From: Desulfosudaceae bacterium
GTDB lineage: Bacteria; Desulfobacterota; Desulfobacteria; Desulfobacterales; Desulfosudaceae
Assembly (NCBI GenBank): GCA_963674745.2
Contig: CAXXDV010000001.1
Span: 352,001-416,000 of the forward strand
DNA length: 64,000 nucleotides
Reading direction: 5' to 3'
Positions 57,578-64,000 of this stretch are shown in pieces. The first letter of the stretch is position 1, and the number at the start of each line of letters is the position of its first letter. Position numbers and translations under genes: made by a program. The notes beneath the pieces are model-generated. The model was not told the origin of the DNA. It did no database searches and saw nothing but the letters and a program-made list of their open reading frames with translations.

Positions 57578-58567
57578 ATGACAGAATTCAATAACAGTTT
57601 TTTGCGGGGCTGGTTACCGATCGTGCTGATCTTGACGACTGTCAGCCTTGTCTGGGGGATTAACAACGCTCAAGCCCGGGATGGAGTCATACCCGATGAT
57701 CTGCCCCTGGAATCAACCTTCTGGCCGGGGCCCGGTAGAAGCGTGGGGGTGGTCGATGTCATTCAGGGGAAAGCCGTTGTCCAGCATGAAAATGAAAAGC
57801 GGGGATACCTGGTCAGCAAAGGGATGAACCTGTACAACGGCGACACCCTTTACACATCCGGTGATTGTCACCTGGAAATGTCGCTCAACGACGGCAGCAA
57901 CATGGTGCTTTCTTCCGGCACGCAGATCGTCATTGATAAAAGCATTTACGATCCCGCCTCCGGAAGCCGGCTCTCCTTTTTCCAGATGCTGTCCGGCAAG
58001 GCCCGTTACATGGTCAAGAAACTGGCCGACTACAAACATTCCCAGTTCAACGTCAAGACAAAATCATCCGTCGTGGGCGTCCGGGGATCGGACTTTGTCA
58101 TTGAAATCAGCCAGGAGGGCGACAAAATCGTCATCACCGCCCTGGGCCACACCATTCTGGAGATATTTGATCCAGCCAACCCCCTGACGGAACCGGTCAT
58201 AGTCACCTCCTTTCAGCAGCTGATCACCGTACTGGGCCAGGTCCTGGGTGAGCCGGTGGACATCTCAAGTGAAGAAGTCATGAAACTGCTTCAGGAGCTG
58301 GGCCTGCTCTTATCCGGCGGCGGCGGCCAGGGCGGAGAAGGAACCGGCGGCGGCGGGGGCTTTATTCCCCACGGCGGAACCTGGCAGGGTCCGCCGGTTG
58401 GAGGAGGAATTCAATATTTACCCGGCTGGAATCCTTTCTTGCCCATACTGCCGCCACCGATCTTCGGCCCCGGCCCCAATGACCCTTTTTATAACGACCC
58501 GGGCGCCTGGATAAGGCCGCCCTTGACACTCCCCCTGCCGGACATGCCCGATATACCCATGGATTAG
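57578..58567 (+). CDS. Secreted FecR-domain protein with Gly/Pro-rich tail
   Basis: Signal peptide, LYNGDTLYT, LNDGS, FNVKTKSSVVGVRGSDF. Confidence 0.8.
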   Translation: MTEFNNSFLRGWLPIVLILTTVSLVWGINNAQARDGVIPDDLPLESTFWPGPGRSVGVVDVIQGKAVVQHENEKRGYLVSKGMNLYNGDTLYTSGDCHLEMSLNDGSNMVLSSGTQIVIDKSIYDPASGSRLSFFQMLSGKARYMVKKLADYKHSQFNVKTKSSVVGVRGSDFVIEISQEGDKIVITALGHTILEIFDPANPLTEPVIVTSFQQLITVLGQVLGEPVDISSEEVMKLLQELGLLLSGGGGQGGEGTGGGGGFIPHGGTWQGPPVGGGIQYLPGWNPFLPILPPPIFGPGPNDPFYNDPGAWIRPPLTLPLPDMPDIPMD

Positions 58568-58618
58568 GGGCTTTAGTATAATTAAATAAATTTTGACCCA
58601 AAGCAGGAGACAAGCGTC

Positions 58619-61609
58619 ATGAAAAATATCAGGCTCATTTTGTTAACCCTATTTATCGCCGTGCTGGCCGCCCTGCCGGCAACAGCGGCCGTCTACTATG
58701 TAGACATTGTAAACGGCACCGATGATCCCTTCAACGGTTTAACCCCGGGCACGGGCGCCTGGAAGACCATTCATTACGCGGTCGACGAGATTGTTGCCTC
58801 AACCGGTGGAAATGGTGATACCCTGAATATTGCGGCCGGTACGTACTCTGTATCTGCTTTAGTGCCCGGCGGCGAGTCTGACAGCCCACTGACGTTTAAC
58901 GGTTGGAGCAACTCCTCTATCCTCGGAGACCCGGCCGGCGGTACCATAATTGACCTGAACTCAGCTGTTTCATGGGCCAACGGGATTCAGCTGGACTTTT
59001 GCTCCAATGTCACCGCCAGTAACCTCGAAATTACAAATGCTTATAACAACGGCATTTATGCCGACGGATGCACGGGCACCGCCATCACCCGGTGCGACAT
59101 CCATAACAACAGCAATTTTGGTGTTTACCTCAACAACTGCAACAACACCAATACGGTCAGTCGTAACCGGGTTTATGACAACCCGAACGGCATTGGTGTT
59201 TATGCGCAAGAGGAAAACGATCCCTGCTCGCCTTTGATCGTTAACAACCTGATTGTCACGCCGGAAGAGAGCATGTTCCAGGGCATCATGGTAATATCAA
59301 CCGGTTACACTTACCCTGCCTTTGCCTCTCCCACGATATTTCACAACACCATTGACGGCGGCGGTAACGACGGCATTTATCTTTTTACATTCGGCCCTTT
59401 TGCTATAACCAACCCGAACATTCAATACAATATCATTACCGGTTTCGGTAACAACGGTATTAACGGTGGTACTGACGGCTACGGCGGCCAGCTCAACCCG
59501 ACCCTGAATTATAATGACCTTTTTGGAAATTCAACGGCTTATTCCGGCACCGGCATTGGGCCGGGGCCTAACAGCATTGCTGTTGATCCCGTTTATTCCG
59601 GCGGTGGTTTTGAGTTAGATCCTTCCTCGCCCTGCATCGACGCGGCCACCACTTCCAACATCACCGAGGATATCGACGGCACGGTCCGCCCCCAGGGGAC
59701 AGCCCCGGATATGGGCTGTTATGAATATCCCAGCGGCGTTATCACTCCGGAGCCGGTGGCCTATCCCGGCATAACGGTTCTGCCCTATGAAGGACTGGAG
59801 ACCAGTGAAGACGGCAACAGGGCCACGTTCACGGTAAAACTCGACACCCTCCCCTCGGCCCCGGTAGTGATCCCCATTACCAGTTCCGATACGGGTGAAG
59901 GCGCGGTTTTGCCGGCATCTCTGACGTTTACCGCCAACAACTGGTTTACCCCCCAGACCGTGGTTGTCAGGGGGGTTGATGACAGCCTGGTCGACGGCGA
60001 TATCCCTTATACCGTCGGTGTCGGTCCGGCCGTCTGCAACACCTTTGATTACAACGGGCGGAGCGGACATGATGTCAATGTAACCAACCTCGATAACGAC
60101 AGTGCCGATATCATTGTCGACCCGACCTCGGGTTTGAGGACCTCCAAGTTCGGCGGCAGTGATACCTTCACGGTGGTGCTGAACAGCCAGCCCATCGCAC
60201 CGGTGGCGGTTTCGCTGTCCAGTTCCGACACAAGCCTCGGCATTCCCTCTCCAGAGGCGCTTACCTTCACCCCGGACAACTGGAGCCGGCCGCAGACCGT
60301 CACGGTTACCGGCCAGGACAACGGGATCGAAGAAGACGCCCCGTATACGATTATTACCGCACCTGCGGTAAGCCAGGACCCGATTTACAACGATCTTGAT
60401 GCTGACGATGTCGAGGTTGTCAATGTCTACAACATGCCCCCGGATCAACCCGGCTATGTTTTCCCGCAGCCTTTTCAGATGTTCCCGCCGGGAACATCGA
60501 TTACCCTGAGAGGCAGCACCTTTTATGATCCCGAGGGTGATAGGCATGATCAAAGCTGGTGGCGGATCGCGCCGCTCAACCGGGGCGCTTTCGGGTGCGA
60601 AGAATACCCGGGATTTTTTGAACATATCTCAGGCACTGATTTGACATCATACACCATCCCCACCCAGAACCTGAAACCGGGCGTGGTTTATGTCTGGATC
60701 GTCGGTTACAAAGACGAGGGAAGCGGGGCTTTCACCTGGTCGGACCTGGATGAGAGAGTGAAGAACACGTTTATGATCGGGGTAGAAGAAACGATTGACC
60801 TGCCGCCGGTCCCACCGGGCACAACTGCGGCCTATTTTGTCATGCTCTCCTGCCATCACTATATTCCCGACAATTCCAGCGCCCTGGCCGTTATTGGGGA
60901 TGATTTAACCGGTGGTTATGACAGCCGTTATTACCGCATCGGCACATATGACCCCTTACAGAATGACGGCGGCTATAAGGAGTATCCCGGGTTCAGCCTC
61001 CTTCCCGGTACCGCTTTCTGGGTGTTGGCCAGAAACGGCCTGGCCATCGACCTGACCGGTATTGCCATGACCACTGCCGAAGACGTGGATCTTCCGCTGA
61101 TGTTCAACAGCAATAATAATAACGGCTGGAACATGATCGGCCCGCCGAACAACCAGAATTATCCCTGGGGCAATGTTCAAGTCGTTGTGTTTTCTCAATC
61201 CAATCTCTGCGAACCCGAATTCGGTCCGGTCACAATCGGTGAGCTTGATCCCAACAACCCTTATATCGACACCCGACTGCTGGAATGGGACGGACAGGGC
61301 TATAATGAAGTATCCATGATGATGGCGGGTTATGGTTACTGGGTAAAAGTCAGGCAGCCGAGAATAAACCTGCGGTTTCCGGTCAGCGCCCAGGCATCTC
61401 TGAAAAACCCGGATGTTCTGATGGCCGTCGGCATGAATAAAATCAAAGAAACCGCCGGGGAGCTCTTTTCACCGAATGAAGCCCTGGCGGACGATCAGAA
61501 CGATATGCCGCCGGCTCCCATGGCGACAATCGACAGTGACGGAGTCAACGCTTCTTTCGGTTCGTCATCCGGTGGTAACTGCTTTATCGAAAGCTTGAGG
61601 GATAAATAG
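58619..61609 (+). CDS. Large secreted protein: parallel beta-helix, two Calx-beta-like repeats, C-terminal GGNCFI sorting-like motif
   Basis: Signal peptide, AWKTIHYA, Asn-rich helix repeats, SPCIDA..DMGCYE, duplicated LTFT..NW..PQTV, SSSGGNCFIESL. Confidence 0.8.
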   Translation: MKNIRLILLTLFIAVLAALPATAAVYYVDIVNGTDDPFNGLTPGTGAWKTIHYAVDEIVASTGGNGDTLNIAAGTYSVSALVPGGESDSPLTFNGWSNSSILGDPAGGTIIDLNSAVSWANGIQLDFCSNVTASNLEITNAYNNGIYADGCTGTAITRCDIHNNSNFGVYLNNCNNTNTVSRNRVYDNPNGIGVYAQEENDPCSPLIVNNLIVTPEESMFQGIMVISTGYTYPAFASPTIFHNTIDGGGNDGIYLFTFGPFAITNPNIQYNIITGFGNNGINGGTDGYGGQLNPTLNYNDLFGNSTAYSGTGIGPGPNSIAVDPVYSGGGFELDPSSPCIDAATTSNITEDIDGTVRPQGTAPDMGCYEYPSGVITPEPVAYPGITVLPYEGLETSEDGNRATFTVKLDTLPSAPVVIPITSSDTGEGAVLPASLTFTANNWFTPQTVVVRGVDDSLVDGDIPYTVGVGPAVCNTFDYNGRSGHDVNVTNLDNDSADIIVDPTSGLRTSKFGGSDTFTVVLNSQPIAPVAVSLSSSDTSLGIPSPEALTFTPDNWSRPQTVTVTGQDNGIEEDAPYTIITAPAVSQDPIYNDLDADDVEVVNVYNMPPDQPGYVFPQPFQMFPPGTSITLRGSTFYDPEGDRHDQSWWRIAPLNRGAFGCEEYPGFFEHISGTDLTSYTIPTQNLKPGVVYVWIVGYKDEGSGAFTWSDLDERVKNTFMIGVEETIDLPPVPPGTTAAYFVMLSCHHYIPDNSSALAVIGDDLTGGYDSRYYRIGTYDPLQNDGGYKEYPGFSLLPGTAFWVLARNGLAIDLTGIAMTTAEDVDLPLMFNSNNNNGWNMIGPPNNQNYPWGNVQVVVFSQSNLCEPEFGPVTIGELDPNNPYIDTRLLEWDGQGYNEVSMMMAGYGYWVKVRQPRINLRFPVSAQASLKNPDVLMAVGMNKIKETAGELFSPNEALADDQNDMPPAPMATIDSDGVNASFGSSSGGNCFIESLRDK

Positions 61610-61616
61610 CGGGGCT

Positions 61617-63128
61617 GTGATGAAAATCAACATCGGTGATTTTCTTTCCCGGCGGGCGCGGCTCAGCCCGAATAAGGAAGGACTGGTTCTGGGTGATGTA
61701 CGCCTGACCTATGACCAGATGAATCGGCGTTGCAACCGGCTTGCCCAGGCCATGAGAAAACTGGGCATCGGGCAAGGCGACCGGGTGGCCATACTGGCTT
61801 TAAATGACCCGGAATATTTTGATCTTTACTTCGGGCTGGGAAAAATCGGGGCCATCATGGTTCCGCTCAATCACCGGCTGGCCGGCCCCGAGATCGAATA
61901 CATCATCAACGACTGCCAGGCGAAAGTGCTGATTTTCAGCGAGGCCTTTGAATCGGTAGTCGATTCCGTACGCGCGGACACTCCCTGCGAACACATGGTC
62001 GGCACCATGGAAAATCCGCCGGATTATGCCAAAAGCTATGCCGACCTGACCGGGGAAGCATCCGAGGATGAGCCGGAAATCGTTTGTGGTGACGATGATA
62101 CCCTGACCATCCTTTATACCTCGGGCACCACCGGACGGCCCAAAGGCGCACAACTGACCCACAACGGTTATTTCGGTACATCGGTCACCCTGCGGTCCAC
62201 CTTCGGAGAAATCGGCGATGTCATTCTCATGCCCCTGCCCCTGTTTCATATCGGCGCCCTGGCGCCGGTTCCCATGTGTGTTCATTTCGGCATGAAAATG
62301 GTCTTTCAGCAATCATTCGATCCCCATAACTTCCTGGAATTGCTGGGGCGGGAAAAGGTGTCCTGGTTCGGTTCGGTCCCCCAGATTCTCATGTTTCTGC
62401 GCCAGATTCCGGGATATGAAAAATATGACTGGTCCTCGGTAAAAATGGCCCTGGTTTATGCCGCACCGGTGCCGGTGACCCTGATCAAGGCTTATGCCGA
62501 GGCCGGTATCGAAATCCGCCAGCTTTACGGCCTGACCGAATGCACCGGCCCGGCCACGGTGATTGACGGTAAGAATGCCCTTAATAAAGCCGGGTCCTGC
62601 GGCCCGCCCTTTTTCCACAACGACATACGCCTGGTAGACATGAATGGGAAAATTGTTGCCCCAGGTGAAAAAGGGGAAGTACTTATCGCCGGCACCAACC
62701 TGATGAAGGGTTACTGGAACCGTCCCGAGGCCACCGCCGAAACCCTCAAGGACGGGTGGCTCTACACCGGCGACATCGGCATGATGGACGAAGACGGGTT
62801 TTTATACATCCTGGACCGGAAAAAAGACCTGATCATTTCCGGCGGCGAAAACATCTACCCGGCGGAAATCGAAGACATGCTGCTGGGGCATCCGGCTGTC
62901 GCGGACGCGGCCGTGATCGGTTTTGCCGATGAGAAATGGGGTGAATCCATCAAAGCCGTGGTGGTGTTAAAACCGGAAGAATCGCTCACGGAAAATGAAC
63001 TGATCGACTGGTGCCAGGGGAAAATCGGCCGCTTTAAAATCCCCAAAAATGTGGTTTTCACCGACCAGATTCCCCGGACCCCCACCGGCAAAATCCTCAA
63101 GCGAGTGCTCAGGGACCAGTATAATTAA
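61617..63128 (+). CDS. Long-chain fatty acid--CoA ligase family
   Basis: YTSGTTGRPKG, YGLTE, GWLYTGD, DRKKDLIISGGENIYPAEIE, GKI. Confidence 0.9.
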   Translation: MMKINIGDFLSRRARLSPNKEGLVLGDVRLTYDQMNRRCNRLAQAMRKLGIGQGDRVAILALNDPEYFDLYFGLGKIGAIMVPLNHRLAGPEIEYIINDCQAKVLIFSEAFESVVDSVRADTPCEHMVGTMENPPDYAKSYADLTGEASEDEPEIVCGDDDTLTILYTSGTTGRPKGAQLTHNGYFGTSVTLRSTFGEIGDVILMPLPLFHIGALAPVPMCVHFGMKMVFQQSFDPHNFLELLGREKVSWFGSVPQILMFLRQIPGYEKYDWSSVKMALVYAAPVPVTLIKAYAEAGIEIRQLYGLTECTGPATVIDGKNALNKAGSCGPPFFHNDIRLVDMNGKIVAPGEKGEVLIAGTNLMKGYWNRPEATAETLKDGWLYTGDIGMMDEDGFLYILDRKKDLIISGGENIYPAEIEDMLLGHPAVADAAVIGFADEKWGESIKAVVVLKPEESLTENELIDWCQGKIGRFKIPKNVVFTDQIPRTPTGKILKRVLRDQYN

Positions 63129-64000
63129 TTATCCGTTCTTCCAGTCCACCAGTTCGGTCAGCACCATCATGCCGTCGTGGCTCTGGCCCGAAAAAATGGT
63201 GCCGCTCTGCCCGACGTCGAGCACATTGCTGACACCGGCAGTGGCCACGGCATCACGGAGCTGCTCTTTGCGATCGGGCGGGAAAATGCTGACCGTGGAC
63301 ACCCCGTGATGCAGGTATGGCAGGGCGTCGGACAGGGATTGGACCTGGCGGACAATCACCATGCGCTGCATGGTCAGACAGGACAGGGGAAACTCCCGTT
63401 TGACCACGATGACGCCGGATGCGAATTTCCCGTCCCGTTTGTTGACATACCAGTCGGCATCGATGAGCATGCCCCGCATCAAACGTTTGATCTCACCTTC
63501 AAAAAACGGTTCGATATAATTTGGCGCATAATCATCAAAAAGGGCCAGGGCCTGCTGCAGGGCTTCGGCATAGGCCTGAAGCTGATCGTCATCCCCTTCC
63601 ACATAATGAATCTGTGAGGCAATACAGGCTTTCTGGTTGGCCACCAGCGAGTCGGCCACGGTTTTGGCGGCCAGAACGTTCAGGTCATTCCCGAAGGCTT
63701 CTTTGCCGATCATGGTAAGGCCGTAACGGGGGTTGAAGGTCAGGACCTTGGTGAACACGGCCCGTTTCTTGACTGACTCCACGGCGTCGGGCGCGCCCCA
63801 GACAACAATCCGGTCAAAACTTTCAGGCATGAAAAAAGCCGATTCAATGGCTTCATCCCCTCCAGGCCAATACACGATGGACAGGTTTTTTGTAACGGGG
63901 TGGTCCGGCCGGGCGGCGACCAGGGCCAGGGCCAGCAGGGCGCCCGGCATGGTGGCGCCGTATGGGGATTTGATTACGGCCGGTGATTTGGTCAATACCG
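63129..64000 (-). CDS. LuxC-like acyl-CoA reductase (aldehyde dehydrogenase fold), 5' partial
   Basis: VYWPGG, VVWG..AV, FNPRYG, NQKACIAS catalytic Cys, HDGM. Confidence 0.75.
   Translation of the reverse strand, partial: VLTKSPAVIKSPYGATMPGALLALALVAARPDHPVTKNLSIVYWPGGDEAIESAFFMPESFDRIVVWGAPDAVESVKKRAVFTKVLTFNPRYGLTMIGKEAFGNDLNVLAAKTVADSLVANQKACIASQIHYVEGDDDQLQAYAEALQQALALFDDYAPNYIEPFFEGEIKRLMRGMLIDADWYVNKRDGKFASGVIVVKREFPLSCLTMQRMVIVRQVQSLSDALPYLHHGVSTVSIFPPDRKEQLRDAVATAGVSNVLDVGQSGTIFSGQSHDGMMVLTELVDWKNG

Overview
Gene-dense bacterial chromosomal window of about 45 CDS. Gene content (PurH lacking its N-terminal domain, IscU/IscS, many B12-radical SAMs, selenocysteine use, short intergenic repeat families) suggests an anaerobic Desulfobacterota-like organism; this is an inference. 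No rRNA, tRNA, CRISPR array or intact transposase was seen. Highlights: (1) a class I HMG-CoA-reductase-fold protein with apparently every catalytic motif replaced and a zinc ribbon inserted, behind a strong promoter with an operator palindrome in its spacer (1686-3870); (2) a selenoprotein hidden as two ORFs, AhpD-like with CxxU and a clean SECIS hairpin (14728-15366); (3) an accessory locus at about 34.5-53.7 kb combining five B12-dependent radical SAM genes plus a pseudogene, a sugar C-methyltransferase, a polyprenol-phosphate sugar synthase and three GT-C-type membrane proteins, with decay relics and a C11 frameshift; (4) an IscS homolog lacking the PLP lysine, paired with a zinc-ribbon-extended IscU; (5) a TPR/beta-barrel + FecR-domain + large secreted protein trio; (6) several families of MITE/REP-like and short tandem intergenic repeats. 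All family assignments are by motif recognition only; no database searches were run.
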